NCBI RefSeq assembly: GCF_020850895.1
Contig: NZ_JADZDS010000010.1
Location: 15,870-79,869, forward strand
Length of the DNA stretch: 64,000 nucleotides
Source of the DNA: Thermomonas sp.
GTDB lineage: Bacteria; Pseudomonadota; Gammaproteobacteria; Xanthomonadales; Xanthomonadaceae
Reading direction: 5' to 3'
Shown here: positions 1 through 10,848 of the stretch, piece after piece
Layout of the letters: the number at the start of each line of letters is the position of its first letter
Position numbering within the stretch: position 1 is the stretch's first letter
The notes under the pieces: generated by a model
What the model was told of the DNA's origin: nothing
Seen by the model: the letters and a program-made list of their open reading frames with translations, nothing else
The model's database searches: none
Position numbers and translations under genes: made by a program

Positions 1-807
1 GTCCACGACATGGCCAAATGGATGAACGCGCAGCTGGCCGGCGGCGTGTATGCCGGATCGGGCGAGGATGCCAAGCGGCTGTTCTCCGAACAGCGCCAGC
101 GCGAAATGTGGACGATGCTGACACCGATTCCGGTGCGGCCGTCGTCGATCCCGGCGCTGGCCGCCGCCACCCCCAATTTCTATGGCTACGGGCAGGGCTG
201 GAATCTGTCGGATTACCTCGGCAACCGGATGGTCTGGCACACCGGCGGCTGGCCGGGCCAAGTGTCGCGCCTGACCCTGCTACCGGGCAAGAAGGTCGGC
301 GTGGTGGTGCTCACCAGCGCCGAGGTTGGCGCGGCCTTCAATGCGATCACCTATGAGGCCCTCGACATGATGCTCGGCAACCCCGGCCACGACTGGCTGG
401 CGGGCTATGCCGAGGCGGTGGCCAAGGCGCAGGGCAATGCCGATGACAGTTGGAAAAAACATGAAGCCGCACGCGATGCCAACAGCCGGCCGTCGCTGCC
501 GCTGGCCCGCTACGCCGGCACCTATCGTGACCCGTGGTACGGCGACGTGGTCATTCGCCAAGGTGCCAAGGGCCTGGAGCTGCAGTTCAGCAAGACCGCG
601 CAGTTGCTGGGCGACATCAGCCACTGGCAGCACGACACCTTCATCGTGCGCTGGCGCGACCGCAGCTTGAATGCCGATGCGTTCCTCAGCTTCAGGCTCG
701 ATCCCGACGGCATGATCCGCGAACTGCGGATGGTGCCGATCTCGCCGCTGACCGACTTCAGCTTCGACTTCCAGGACCTGCGGTTGGTGCCGGTGGCCGC
801 AAATTGA
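1..807 (+). CDS. Serine hydrolase, beta-lactamase/AmpC family, with C-terminal DUF3471-like domain (5' partial)
   Basis: YGQGW and WHTGG motifs; C-terminal YAGTYRDPWYG segment; frame open from the window edge. Confidence 0.85.
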   Translation, partial: VHDMAKWMNAQLAGGVYAGSGEDAKRLFSEQRQREMWTMLTPIPVRPSSIPALAAATPNFYGYGQGWNLSDYLGNRMVWHTGGWPGQVSRLTLLPGKKVGVVVLTSAEVGAAFNAITYEALDMMLGNPGHDWLAGYAEAVAKAQGNADDSWKKHEAARDANSRPSLPLARYAGTYRDPWYGDVVIRQGAKGLELQFSKTAQLLGDISHWQHDTFIVRWRDRSLNADAFLSFRLDPDGMIRELRMVPISPLTDFSFDFQDLRLVPVAAN

Positions 808-875
808 AACCACGCCGCATTGGCAACGTCGGTTGATCCGGGTTGCCCACCTTCAACCCTTCAGGAGAACGTTCG

Positions 876-1259
876 ATGGGCGATCCCTACAACTCCGGCG
901 CGATGCAGCCCAGCGCGCACGTGCTCGATGATGCAATGGTCACCACGGCGCCGGAGCTTCCGGGCTATCGCATCGTGCGGAACCTCGGCCTGGTCCGCGG
1001 CATCATCGTGCGCTCGCGCTCGGTGGTCGGCAATTTTCTCGGTGGCCTGCAATCGCTGTTTGGCGGCAACATCACCATCTACACCGAACTGTGCGAACAG
1101 GCGCGCTTCGATACCTACCGCGACATGGTGCAGCACGCGCGCGGTTTGGGCGCCAATGCGATTGTCGCGGTCCGCTACGATGCCACCGAGATCATGACCG
1201 GGCTGACCGAGGTGCTGTGCTATGGCACGGCGGTGGTGGTGGAGCCGCTGTCACAGTAG
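876..1259 (+). CDS. YbjQ/UPF0145 family protein
   Basis: GLVRG...FGG...YTEL and [15 protein letters not shown] motifs; AGGAG upstream of ATG at 876. Confidence 0.9.
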   Translation: MGDPYNSGAMQPSAHVLDDAMVTTAPELPGYRIVRNLGLVRGIIVRSRSVVGNFLGGLQSLFGGNITIYTELCEQARFDTYRDMVQHARGLGANAIVAVRYDATEIMTGLTEVLCYGTAVVVEPLSQ

Positions 1260-1271
1260 CAAGATACCGCC

Positions 1272-1889
1272 ATGACCGAAGCCCATCTCTTCGTGATCGG
1301 CCTGCTGCTGGCGTGGCTGGCGGGGATTCGCGCGTACCTGACGGTGTTCGGGATCGGCCTCGCCGGCTTGATGGGCTGGGTGGAGCTGCCGCCGGCCTTG
1401 CACGCGACCGAGTCGTACTGGGTGCTGGGCACCTGCGGTGTGCTCTCGGTTGCCGAATTCCTGGCCGACAAGATTCCCGGCGTGGATTCGGTCTGGGACC
1501 TGTTGCAGACCTTGGCACGGATTCCGGCGGGCGCCTTCCTCGCCGCGGCAACGCTGTCACCGGATGGACATCTCGGTGCGGGGGCGCTGGCGCTGGGCGG
1601 CGGCGCCGCCTTGGTCAGCCATGGCCTGAAGGCGGGGGTGCGCGCCTTGCTCAATACCTCGCCAGAGCCGTTCAGCAATGGCGTGGTCTCGCTGCTGGAG
1701 GACGGTCTGGTGCTGGGTGCGCTGGCGCTCGCTGTCGCCCATCCTTGGCTCGCGCTGTGGTTTGCACTGATCAGCAGCCTGTTGCTGGCCATCGGCGTCT
1801 GGCTGGCGTGGCGCTGGGCTTGGCGTGGTTTGCGTTGGTTGGGCCGGGCGGTGAAAACGAAGACGACGGGTGATGCCGTTTCCGGTTGA
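1272..1889 (+). CDS. DUF4126 family membrane protein
   Basis: AGIRAY, EFLADKIPGVDS and PEPFSNGVVSLLED motifs; multiple hydrophobic helices. Confidence 0.85.
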   Translation: MTEAHLFVIGLLLAWLAGIRAYLTVFGIGLAGLMGWVELPPALHATESYWVLGTCGVLSVAEFLADKIPGVDSVWDLLQTLARIPAGAFLAAATLSPDGHLGAGALALGGGAALVSHGLKAGVRALLNTSPEPFSNGVVSLLEDGLVLGALALAVAHPWLALWFALISSLLLAIGVWLAWRWAWRGLRWLGRAVKTKTTGDAVSG

Positions 1890-2043
1890 GTCACGGGTGT
1901 GGGCGCGTAACGTTCGCGCTGGATCGCAGCGGCAGGGCGTCATGACCGGATGCCATGTTGCAGCGCCGCACGACGGCTCGCCATCCCGCTAGAATTGGCG
2001 CATTGCCCGCCTTCGCGGGTCTTCTTTCGCCTCGCCGACGACG

Positions 2044-4656
2044 ATGCCCATTCCGACTCCCCCTCCACCGCGCTGGCTGGTCCTCAAGTTCGGCGGCACC
2101 TCGGTGTCCGCGCGCGCCCGCTGGGACAACATCGGTGCGCTCGCCGCCGCTGCTGCACGCGATGGCGATGCACGGGTGCTGGTGGTGGTGTCGGCCTTGT
2201 CCGGCGTCACCAATGAACTCACTGCGATTGCCGATGGCGCAATCGATGCGCGCGAGCGGGTGGCACAGCTGGAGCAGCGGCATCGCCAATTCCTCGCAAC
2301 GCTGGACCTTGCCGACGACGTGCTGGATGCGCGGCTGGCGGTGCTGCGTGGGCTGCTGGACGATCCACGTGCGGCCAGTCGCACGCTGGATTGGCAGGCC
2401 GAGGTACTGGGGCAGGGCGAATTGCTCTCGTCGACGATTGGCGCGGCCTACCTGCAATCGCGCGGCCTGGACATTGGCTGGATGGATGCGCGTGACTGGC
2501 TGGACGCGCTGCCGCCGCTGCCCAACCAGAGTGCCTGGGCGCAGCGGCTGTCGGTGAATTGCCAATGGCAGGCCGATGCCGACTGGCGGGCGCGGTTTGC
2601 CGCGCAGCCGACCCGGCTGCTGATCACCCAGGGCTTCATCGCCCGCCATCAGGATGGCGGCACCACGATCCTCGGGCGCGGCGGTTCGGACACCTCGGCG
2701 GCGTATTTCGGCGCCCTGCTCGCTGCGCAGCGGGTCGAAATCTGGACCGATGTGCCGGGCATGTTCAGCGCCAATCCGCGCGAGGTGCCGGACGCGCGCC
2801 TGCTGACCCGGCTCGACTATTACGAAGCGCAGGAAATCGCCACCACCGGTGCCAAGGTGTTGCATCCGCGTTCGCTGCGGCCCTGTCGCAACGCCGGCGT
2901 GCCGATGGCCATCCTCGACACCGGCCGCCCGCAGCTGCCGGGCACCGCCATCGATGATGCTGCCGAGCCGGTGCCCGGGGTGAAGGCGATCAGCCGTCGC
3001 AACGGGATCGTGCTGGTGTCGATGGAAAGCGTGGCGATGTGGCAACAGGTTGGCTTCCTCGCCGACGTGTTTGCGCTGTTCAAGAAGCATGGGCTGTCGG
3101 TGGACCTGATCGGTTCGGCCGAAACCAATGTCACCGTTTCGCTGGATCCGTCCGAGAACCTGATCAGTACCGACGTGCTGGCGCGGCTGTCCGAAGACCT
3201 CGCCCAAGTCTGTCGGGTCAAGGTGATCGCGCCGTGCGCGGCGATCACCCTGGTCGGGCGTGGCATGCGCTCGTTGCTGCACAAGTTGCAGGACGTGTGG
3301 GCGATGTTCGGGCTTGAGCGCGTACACCTGATTTCGCAGTCGTCGAACGACCTCAACCTCACTTTCGTGGTCGATGAAGCGGTGGCCGATGGCATGTTGC
3401 CGAAGCTGCACGCGGCGCTGATCGATTCCGGCGCGATGCCGGTGCATGAGGCAGCGGTCTTCGGCCCGCGCTGGCGGGAAATCGAAGGCACGTTCCGCCC
3501 GCGGCAAACACCGTGGTGGCGCGATGCGGAGCAGCGCGAAACCTTGCTGGCACTGGCACAGGGCCAGACGCCGCGTTACGCCTACCACCTGCCGACGGTG
3601 CGGGATCGTGCGCGCCAGCTGGCGTCGGTCGCGGCGGTGGATCGTCGCTATTACGCGATCAAGGCCAATTCGCATCCAGCCATCCTGCGTGCCCTGGTCG
3701 ACGAAGGGTTCGGATTGGAGTGCGTGTCCTTGGGCGAGGTGGAACGCGTGTTTGCCGCCGTGCCCACGCTGGCGCCCGAGCGCGTGCTGTTCACGCCGAG
3801 CTTCGCCCCGATCTCCGAATACGTCGCTGCGCTTGCCCTCGGCGTCACCGTGACGGTGGACAACGTCGAGCTGCTGTGGCGCTGGCCGGAGGTATTCCGC
3901 AATCACGCGCTCTGGCTGCGGATCGATCTGGGCCATGGCGATGGCCACCACGAGAAGGTCAACACCGGCGGCAAGGACGCCAAGTTCGGGCTGTCGGCGC
4001 AGCGGGTGGATGAGTTCGTGGAAACGGCACGTGCGCTGGGTGTGCGCATCACCGGCGTGCATGCGCACCTCGGCAGCGGCATCGAGACCGTGGGCCACTG
4101 GCAGGAAGTCGTCGATGAATTGGCCGGTTTCGCGCGTCGGATCGGCAGCGTCGAGGTGCTCGACATCGGCGGCGGCCTGCCGATCCCGTACACGGATGAT
4201 GACGAGCCGTTCGATCTCGATGGATGGGCCAGCGGGCTCGCTGAAATCAAAGCCGTGCACTCGGCGTTCGAATTGGCGATCGAACCGGGGCGTTATCTGG
4301 TTGCCGAAGCGGGCGTCCTGCTGTCGCGCTGCAGCCAGGTGGTGGAGAAGGACGGCGTGCTGCGGGTGGGACTGGATGCCGGCATGAATGCGCTGATCCG
4401 GCCGGCGCTGTATGACGCCTGGCACGACATCCACAACCTGTCGCGACTGGATGATGCTGCGGCGTGCGATTTCGATGTGGTCGGGCCGATCTGCGAATCC
4501 AGCGACGTGTTCGGGCATCGGGTCAAGTTGCCCGTTGCAACCGCGCCGGACGACGTGATGCTGATCGCCGATACCGGGGCCTACGGCTTCAGCATGGCCA
4601 GCGCCTACAATCTGCGGGAGTTGCCCGGCGAGGACATCCTCGCGGGTGAACCCTGA
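2044..4656 (+). CDS. lysA: Bifunctional aspartate kinase / diaminopimelate decarboxylase (LysC-LysA fusion)
   Basis: KFGGTSV and LGRGGSD kinase motifs, ACT region, then YAIKAN, HLGSG, EPGRYLV and GPICES decarboxylase motifs. Confidence 0.95.
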   Translation: MPIPTPPPPRWLVLKFGGTSVSARARWDNIGALAAAAARDGDARVLVVVSALSGVTNELTAIADGAIDARERVAQLEQRHRQFLATLDLADDVLDARLAVLRGLLDDPRAASRTLDWQAEVLGQGELLSSTIGAAYLQSRGLDIGWMDARDWLDALPPLPNQSAWAQRLSVNCQWQADADWRARFAAQPTRLLITQGFIARHQDGGTTILGRGGSDTSAAYFGALLAAQRVEIWTDVPGMFSANPREVPDARLLTRLDYYEAQEIATTGAKVLHPRSLRPCRNAGVPMAILDTGRPQLPGTAIDDAAEPVPGVKAISRRNGIVLVSMESVAMWQQVGFLADVFALFKKHGLSVDLIGSAETNVTVSLDPSENLISTDVLARLSEDLAQVCRVKVIAPCAAITLVGRGMRSLLHKLQDVWAMFGLERVHLISQSSNDLNLTFVVDEAVADGMLPKLHAALIDSGAMPVHEAAVFGPRWREIEGTFRPRQTPWWRDAEQRETLLALAQGQTPRYAYHLPTVRDRARQLASVAAVDRRYYAIKANSHPAILRALVDEGFGLECVSLGEVERVFAAVPTLAPERVLFTPSFAPISEYVAALALGVTVTVDNVELLWRWPEVFRNHALWLRIDLGHGDGHHEKVNTGGKDAKFGLSAQRVDEFVETARALGVRITGVHAHLGSGIETVGHWQEVVDELAGFARRIGSVEVLDIGGGLPIPYTDDDEPFDLDGWASGLAEIKAVHSAFELAIEPGRYLVAEAGVLLSRCSQVVEKDGVLRVGLDAGMNALIRPALYDAWHDIHNLSRLDDAAACDFDVVGPICESSDVFGHRVKLPVATAPDDVMLIADTGAYGFSMASAYNLRELPGEDILAGEP

Positions 4657-4723
4657 TCCGCCGCTGCGCCTTGCCGCGCATGCGCGGAGGCGGGCGGATG
4701 CCCGGCCCACCTGAAATGACGAC

Positions 4724-6109
4724 ATGACCGACTGGACTTTCCACCGCGACCAGATCACCTGCTTCCGCTTCGTGCGTTGCGGCTTCGACGCGCACACCGG
4801 CGTGGCGCGCTTGGTCTATGCCTTCGACGACGGCCCGGAATTGGTCGAGACCGTCACCGTGCCGGGCGCGCCGTTCGTGCTGGACGACGCGCGTGTAGCG
4901 GCGGCGCAGCGTGCGTTGCGCCTGCTGCATCTGATCGCCGGGGTGAGCTATTACAAGGCGGCGGTGCCGGACGACATCCGCATCGATGAGTACGCCATCG
5001 ATGCCGACACCGCGGCCCTGCTGGAAAACCTCTATCGCCACGGGCTGGGCGAGTTCGCCTATCGCAATGGTCTGGATCTGCACGACCGCATCCGCTTCCC
5101 CGCTTTGCTCCCCTCTCCTCCTGGGAGAGGGGCTGGGGGTGAGGGCGCGGCACCGGCCCTCGGCCTGCGCCCGCACGCCCTCGTCGCCATCGGCGGCGGC
5201 AAGGATTCATTGGTCAGCATCGAGGCCTTGCGTGCGCTGGGCGTGGCGCAGACAGTGACCTGGATCGGCGGTTCGCAATTGATCGCCGCCTGCGCCGCGC
5301 GTACCGGATTGCCCACATGCAACATTGGCCGCCAGCTTGCGCCGCAGCTGTTCGAGTTCAACCGCCAGGGCGCATGGAACGGCCATATTCCGGTGACCGC
5401 GGTGAACTCGGCGATCCTCGCCTTCGCCGCCGTGCTGCTGGGCGTGGATCAGGTGGTGTTCTCCAACGAACGCTCGGCCAGCTATGGCTCGCTGATCCCC
5501 GGTACCGGCGAGGTCAATCACCAGTGGTCGAAGGGTTGGGCGTTCGAGTCTGCGTTCGGCGATTACCTGCAGCACCATGTCGCCGCAGACTTGCAGTACT
5601 ACTCGTTACTGCGGCCGTTGTCCGAATTGGCGGTGGCGCGGCAGTTCGGCAAGAGTGATCGTTACGACGATTGCTTCTCCAGCTGCAACCGCAACTTCCA
5701 CATCCTTGGCGAGCGCCCGACCTCGCGCTGGTGCGGGGTCTGTCCGAAGTGCCTGTTCGTGTTCCTCGCGCTGGCACCGTTCGTGCCCAAGCTGCGTCTG
5801 GTCGGGATCGTCGGCCGCAACCTGCTCGACGATCCGGCCCTGACTGCCGGCTACGACGCCTTGCTGGAATACGGCGACCACAAGCCATTCGAATGCGTGG
5901 GCGAAGGCCGCGAATCGCGCGCCGCGCTGGCGGCGTTGGCACAGCGCCCGGAATGGCGCGAGGATGCGCTGGTCAAGCGCTTCGTGCGCGTGATCCAGCC
6001 ACAACTGGATGCCAGCGAGTTGGTGATCGAGCCGCTGCTGGCTCTGCACGACGAGCACCGCATCCCGGCCGCGCTGTGGGAGCGCCTGCGTGACCGTTTC
6101 GCTGCCTGA
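4724..6109 (+). CDS. murL: UDP-MurNAc-L-Ala-L-Glu epimerase
   Basis: [33 protein letters not shown] and WCGVCPKC motifs; directly upstream of a murD-like ligase. Confidence 0.9.
   Translation: MTDWTFHRDQITCFRFVRCGFDAHTGVARLVYAFDDGPELVETVTVPGAPFVLDDARVAAAQRALRLLHLIAGVSYYKAAVPDDIRIDEYAIDADTAALLENLYRHGLGEFAYRNGLDLHDRIRFPALLPSPPGRGAGGEGAAPALGLRPHALVAIGGGKDSLVSIEALRALGVAQTVTWIGGSQLIAACAARTGLPTCNIGRQLAPQLFEFNRQGAWNGHIPVTAVNSAILAFAAVLLGVDQVVFSNERSASYGSLIPGTGEVNHQWSKGWAFESAFGDYLQHHVAADLQYYSLLRPLSELAVARQFGKSDRYDDCFSSCNRNFHILGERPTSRWCGVCPKCLFVFLALAPFVPKLRLVGIVGRNLLDDPALTAGYDALLEYGDHKPFECVGEGRESRAALAALAQRPEWREDALVKRFVRVIQPQLDASELVIEPLLALHDEHRIPAALWERLRDRFAA
5108..5146 (-). repeat. REP-like palindrome embedded in frame in murL
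   Basis: Reverse complement gccctcacccccagcccctctcccaggaggagaggggag closely matches 31294-31331; encodes [13 protein letters not shown]. Confidence 0.8.
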
Positions 6110-7544
6110 GCATTTGCGAATCCAGGATCTGGCGGGCCGCCGGGTCGCGCTGTGGGGCTGGGGCGGGGAAGGCCGGGCGGCGTATGCCGCGCTGCGCACA
6201 TCAAGGGATTCGGGATTCGGGAGTCGGGATTCGGAGGGGCGGTTCATCGCACCGTTGACGCTGTTTTGCGCAGCCGGGGAAGCGGCCGATGCCAATGCAG
6301 TGGGCGATGCGGCGTTGCAGGTCGAAACCGAGGCAACGGGCGAGGCCTTGTCGGCGTTCGATGTGGTCATCAAATCCCCCGGTATCAGCCCGAACCAACC
6401 CGAGGCTGTGTTCGCAGCGCAGCAAGGCACGCGTTTCCTTGGTGGCACCGCGTTGTGGTTTGCCGAACACGCCGACGATGGCCGCATGGCGCGCACAGTC
6501 TGCGTCACCGGCACCAAGGGAAAGAGCACCACGTCGTCCTTGCTTGCACACCTGCTGCGTGCGGCCGGATTGCGCACCGCGCTGGCCGGCAATATCGGCG
6601 TGCCCCTGCTCGAATTGCTGGGCGCACAGGCCGACGCATGGGCGGTGGAATTGTCGAGCTACCAGACCCGCGACGTGGCCGCCTCCGGCGCGCATCCGCA
6701 GGTCGCCATCGTCACCAACCTGCATCCCGAGCATCTGGATTGGCATGGCAGCGAAGCGCGCTATTACGCCGACAAATTGGCGCTGGTGACGGAAGTGAAA
6801 CCGCGGTTCGCCGTGCTCAACGCGGCCGATCCCCTGCTCGCGCGACTGCATCTGCCCGATAGCGAGATCCGCTGGTATGGCGATGCGCAGGGCTGGCATC
6901 TGCGCGGCGATGCGCTGCACCGCGGCGACGTGTGCGTGATGAACACCGCCACCATGCCACTGCCGGGCCAGCACAACCGCAGCAACCTGTGCGCGGTGCT
7001 GACGGCACTGGAAGCCCTCGGCCTGGATGCGCTGGCGCTGGCGCCGCACGCGGCGTGTTTCCAGCCCTTGCCCAATCGCCTGCAGCCACTCGGCGAGCGC
7101 AACGGCATCCTCTACGTCAACGATTCCATCAGCACCACGCCGATGGCGACATTGGCGGCGCTGGCCTTGTACGCCGACCGTCCGGTGGCGGTGCTGGTCG
7201 GTGGCCATGACCGTGGCCTGCCCTGGGACGAATTCGCCGAGGCGATGAAGGCGTACGCACCGCGCGCGATCATCACCATGGGCCAGAACGGCCCACGGAT
7301 CCATGCGCTGCTTGCACCGATGGCGGCGGTGAATGGCTTCCTGCTGGATGCGGCCCGCGATCTTGCCGATGCGGTGGCCAAAGCGCGTGCGGCCTTGCCC
7401 GAGGGCGGCGTGATCCTGCTGTCACCGGGCGCGCCCAGCTTCGGTGCGTATCGGAACTATGTCGAACGCGGGCGCCATTTCGCCGCGCTTGCCGGCTTCG
7501 ATCCCGAAGCGATCCTCGGCATCAACGGCATGGGCATCGCGTAG
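6090..7544 (+). CDS. murD2: UDP-MurNAc-L-Ala--L-glutamate ligase
   Basis: [28 protein letters not shown] and LLSPGAPSF Mur-ligase motifs; overlaps murL. Confidence 0.9.
   Translation: MTVSLPEHLRIQDLAGRRVALWGWGGEGRAAYAALRTSRDSGFGSRDSEGRFIAPLTLFCAAGEAADANAVGDAALQVETEATGEALSAFDVVIKSPGISPNQPEAVFAAQQGTRFLGGTALWFAEHADDGRMARTVCVTGTKGKSTTSSLLAHLLRAAGLRTALAGNIGVPLLELLGAQADAWAVELSSYQTRDVAASGAHPQVAIVTNLHPEHLDWHGSEARYYADKLALVTEVKPRFAVLNAADPLLARLHLPDSEIRWYGDAQGWHLRGDALHRGDVCVMNTATMPLPGQHNRSNLCAVLTALEALGLDALALAPHAACFQPLPNRLQPLGERNGILYVNDSISTTPMATLAALALYADRPVAVLVGGHDRGLPWDEFAEAMKAYAPRAIITMGQNGPRIHALLAPMAAVNGFLLDAARDLADAVAKARAALPEGGVILLSPGAPSFGAYRNYVERGRHFAALAGFDPEAILGINGMGIA
6205..6234 (+). repeat. Heptamer tandem repeat (GGGATTC) x4 inside murD2
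   Basis: GGGATTC GGGATTC GGGAGTC GGGATTC GG read directly. Confidence 0.85.
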
Positions 7545-7645
7545 CCGGCCGATCAGGCCGACCCACCCCGGCGCGGACGCGGCGCTTCACGCCCATTGAA
7601 CACAAGGCGCGTAGCGTGGATGCAATGCCAAGACGAGAGCATCCC

Positions 7646-8425
7646 ATGCGTCGATTGATTGCCGCGCTACTCCTGTTGCTGGTGGCCTTGCCGGTCTGCG
7701 CCAGGATGCAGACCCGTTCGGTCGAGTGGAGCTCCGGTCAGAACCGGTTCCAAGGCTATGTGGTCTATGACGATGCCGTGGCCACCAAGCGCCCCGGCTT
7801 GTTGATGGTGCCGGACTGGTACGGCGTCACCGCCTCGGCACTGGACAAGGCGCGCCAGCAGGCAGGCCGCGAATACGTGGTGTTCGTGGTCGATATGTAC
7901 GGCAAGGGCGTGCGGCCACAAAACGATGGCCAAGCCCAGGGCTTGGTGTTGCCCTTGCTGTCGCAGCCCGAGCAGATGCGGACACGCATGCATGCAGCGC
8001 TGGCGGCCTTCAAGGCGCAGGCCGGACGGGTGCCGCTGGATACCAGCCGGATCGGCGCATTCGGCTTCTGCTTTGGCGGTTCATCGGTACTGGAACTGGC
8101 GCGCAGCGGCGCGCAACTGGCCGGGATCGTCACCTTCCACGGTGGCTTGCAGACACGGTCGCCGGCACTGCCCGGGGCCGTCAAGACCCCGCTGCTGATA
8201 CTCAACGGCGCCTCCGACCTGACCCAGAGGTCAGCCGTGCAGCCCTTCGAAGACGAAATGACGGCGGCGGGCGCGGATTGGCAACTGGTCAACTTCAGCG
8301 GCGCGGTGCACTGCTTCGCGCTGGAAACCGCGAATCGGCCCGGGTGCAAGTACGATCCGCGCGCGGCGAAACGCGCCTACGCGATGATGCACGCGTTTTT
8401 CGCGGAGCGATTCGCGCTGCGCTGA
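7646..8425 (+). CDS. Dienelactone hydrolase family protein with signal peptide
   Basis: GFCFGG nucleophile motif, FHG, GAVHCF; hydrophobic N-terminus; start could be 7625. Confidence 0.9.
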   Translation: MRRLIAALLLLLVALPVCARMQTRSVEWSSGQNRFQGYVVYDDAVATKRPGLLMVPDWYGVTASALDKARQQAGREYVVFVVDMYGKGVRPQNDGQAQGLVLPLLSQPEQMRTRMHAALAAFKAQAGRVPLDTSRIGAFGFCFGGSSVLELARSGAQLAGIVTFHGGLQTRSPALPGAVKTPLLILNGASDLTQRSAVQPFEDEMTAAGADWQLVNFSGAVHCFALETANRPGCKYDPRAAKRAYAMMHAFFAERFALR

Positions 8426-8437
8426 CGCAGGGCGGCG

Positions 8438-9427
8438 TCAGTGGTCCCGATTCAGCGCGTAGCGCGCGAGGCCGCGCAAGGCGTCGGTGTACGGATTGTC
8501 GGGCATGCCGTCCAGCGCCGCGTCGGCGCTATCGGCATAGGCCTGTGCGCGTTGCCGGCAGTAGTCGAGGCTGGCGCAGCGTTGGATCGCCGCTTGCGCT
8601 ACCGCAAGGCCCGCCTGGTCACCGTGTTCGACGATGCGGCGCAGCTCGGCGCGCGTGGCTGCATCGCAATGCGCCATCGCGTGGATCAAGGGCAGGGTCG
8701 CCTTGCCTTCGGCAAGGTCATCGCCGAGGTTCTTGCCCAGGGTGGCGGCATCTGAGGCGTAGTCGAGCACGTCATCGGCGATCTGGAAGGCATAGCCGAG
8801 GTTGAGCCCGTAGCTGTGCAAGGCGCGACAGGTGGCGGTGTCGGCATTGGCCAGCATCGCGCCAAGCTCGGTGGCCGCGGCGAACAGGATCGCAGTCTTG
8901 CGTTCGATCACCCGCAGATAGGCGGCTTCGTCGGTGTCCGGGTTGTGGACGTGCAGTAGCTGCAAGACCTCACCTTCGGAGATGGTGTTGGTGGTGTCGG
9001 CAAGCAGCTTCATCACCGGCATCCGATCCAGTTCGACCATCAGCTGGAAGCTGCGCGAATACAGGAAGTCCCCGACCAGCACCGAGGCCGCATTGCCCCA
9101 GACGGCATTGGCGGTCTGGCGGCCACGACGCAGGTCCGATTCATCGACGACGTCGTCGTGGAGCAAGGTCGCGGTGTGGATGAACTCGACCACGGCGGCG
9201 AGTTGGTGGGTGTCCGGCCCGCCGTGCCCGAGTGCGCGTGCGGCGAGCATCAGCAGCATCGGGCGCAGACGCTTGCCGCCGGCGCCGATGATGTACTCGG
9301 CGACTTGGCGGATCAGGACCACGTCCGACTCCAGCCGCTGGCGGATCAGCGTATCCAGCTGCGCCATGTCGGGCGCGGCGAGGGCCTGGATCGCCCTGAG
9401 GTCGGGAATTTGGGTGGTTGCGGGCAT
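8438..9427 (-). CDS. ispB: Octaprenyl-diphosphate synthase
   Basis: GGKRLRP, LLHDDVVD, FQIADDVLD and DDLAEGK motifs. Confidence 0.92.
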   Translation of the reverse strand: MPATTQIPDLRAIQALAAPDMAQLDTLIRQRLESDVVLIRQVAEYIIGAGGKRLRPMLLMLAARALGHGGPDTHQLAAVVEFIHTATLLHDDVVDESDLRRGRQTANAVWGNAASVLVGDFLYSRSFQLMVELDRMPVMKLLADTTNTISEGEVLQLLHVHNPDTDEAAYLRVIERKTAILFAAATELGAMLANADTATCRALHSYGLNLGYAFQIADDVLDYASDAATLGKNLGDDLAEGKATLPLIHAMAHCDAATRAELRRIVEHGDQAGLAVAQAAIQRCASLDYCRQRAQAYADSADAALDGMPDNPYTDALRGLARYALNRDH

Positions 9428-9571
9428 GGGTCGGGTTCGAAAGCGACCGGCAATTATAGGCGGCCGCGGCATTTCCTGACCCGCCGGCGCGGAGTTCGCC
9501 GGCGGCGCGGGTGCCGCCGCTATACTTCAATACCGTTGTCCGATCCGGACGGCACGAGATGAGGCAGCGTC

Positions 9572-10087
9572 ATGGCACGTGGTGTGAATAAAGTGATTTT
9601 GATCGGAAACCTGGGCAACGATCCGGATGTCAGGTCCACCCAAAGCGGCTCGATGATCGCTACCCTGAGTATCGCCACGACCACGTCGCGCAAGGACCGC
9701 GACGGCAACTGGCAGGAAAAGACCGAGTGGCACCGCGTCAAGGTGTTCGGGAAGACCGCCGAGACCGCCCAGCGCTATCTCACCAAGGGCAGTCAGGTCT
9801 ATATCGAGGGGCGCCTCGAGTACGGCTCCTACGACAAGGACGGTGTGAAGCACTACACCACCGACATCATCTGCGATGACATGCAGATGCTGGGTGGGCG
9901 CGGCGGTGAGGGTGGCGGTGCCGCACGTGAGGGTGGCTACCAGCAGCGTGGCAGCGGTGGTGGCTATGGCGGTGATCGCCCACAGCGCAGCGCAGCCGCT
10001 CCTCGCAACGAATCCGCGGCACCGGCCTCGCGTCCGGCCGACTTCGGCAATGACATCCCCTTCGGTGACGACGATATTCCGTTCTAG
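9572..10087 (+). CDS. ssb: Single-stranded DNA-binding protein
   Basis: MARGVNKVILIGNLG start, TEWHRV, C-terminal DDDIPF. Confidence 0.97.
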   Translation: MARGVNKVILIGNLGNDPDVRSTQSGSMIATLSIATTTSRKDRDGNWQEKTEWHRVKVFGKTAETAQRYLTKGSQVYIEGRLEYGSYDKDGVKHYTTDIICDDMQMLGGRGGEGGGAAREGGYQQRGSGGGYGGDRPQRSAAAPRNESAAPASRPADFGNDIPFGDDDIPF

Positions 10088-10325
10088 ATCTGCGCTGAAC
10101 CAGCCCATCCGGGACTTGTCAGCGGCCAACCGTCCATGGTCGGTAGACAACGCCAAATAAATCAGCGTTGCCCTGGGACATGAGGGCTCGGCCGCGGATC
10201 ACTCGTACCGACGACGGCTGTCCACGCCAAGGTTCTGGCGATCACGGGACGCTGTCTTCGATGAGCAGTCCTCGGTCGTGTACAGCACCGCCTTGGGCCT
10301 GCGCGGCAACTGCACTGGAATCGCC

Positions 10326-10823
10326 ATGAGTGGACAGCAACGGCAATTGACCATGCGCTTCCTGGCCGAACCGTCGGACGTGAATTTCGGCGGCAAGGTC
10401 CACGGCGGGCAGGTGATGCGCTGGATCGACCAGGCCGGCTACGCGGCGGCGGTGGGCTGGAGAGGCTGCTACTGCGTCACCGTGGCGGTGGAGGGGATCC
10501 GATTCGTCTCACCGATCCAGATCGGCGATCTGGTCAACGTGGACGCACTGCTGATCCACACCGGAACCACGTCAATGCATTTCGCAGTCGACGTGCGCGC
10601 TTCTGACCCGCGCTCCGACGCCGACACGGCACGGTTGTGTACCCACTGCTTGATCGTGTTCGTGGCACTGGACGGTCCACAGGGGACGCCGACCTCGGTT
10701 CCAGCCTGGATGCCCGTGACCGACGAGGATCGTCGGTTGGCCGAATACGCCATGCAGATCCAAGCGCTGTGCCGGGATGTCGATCAGATTGCGGCGCATT
10801 ACCGGCAGCACGGAATCGACTGA
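10326..10823 (+). CDS. Acyl-CoA thioesterase (hotdog fold, YciA-like)
   Basis: DVNFGGKVHGGQVMRWID motif. Confidence 0.9.
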   Translation: MSGQQRQLTMRFLAEPSDVNFGGKVHGGQVMRWIDQAGYAAAVGWRGCYCVTVAVEGIRFVSPIQIGDLVNVDALLIHTGTTSMHFAVDVRASDPRSDADTARLCTHCLIVFVALDGPQGTPTSVPAWMPVTDEDRRLAEYAMQIQALCRDVDQIAAHYRQHGID

Positions 10824-10848
10824 GCCGTTTCACCCATCCCCAAAACAC

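Noticed and set aside
1..807. Beta-lactam resistance gene
   Set aside because: Partial family member with a DUF3471-like tail; hydrolytic specificity cannot be inferred
1891..4797. 968-aa antisense ORF and similar long shadow ORFs (e.g. 46885-49416, 57783-59387)
   Set aside because: They lie opposite well-supported genes, show no motifs, and are expected from GC-rich codon bias
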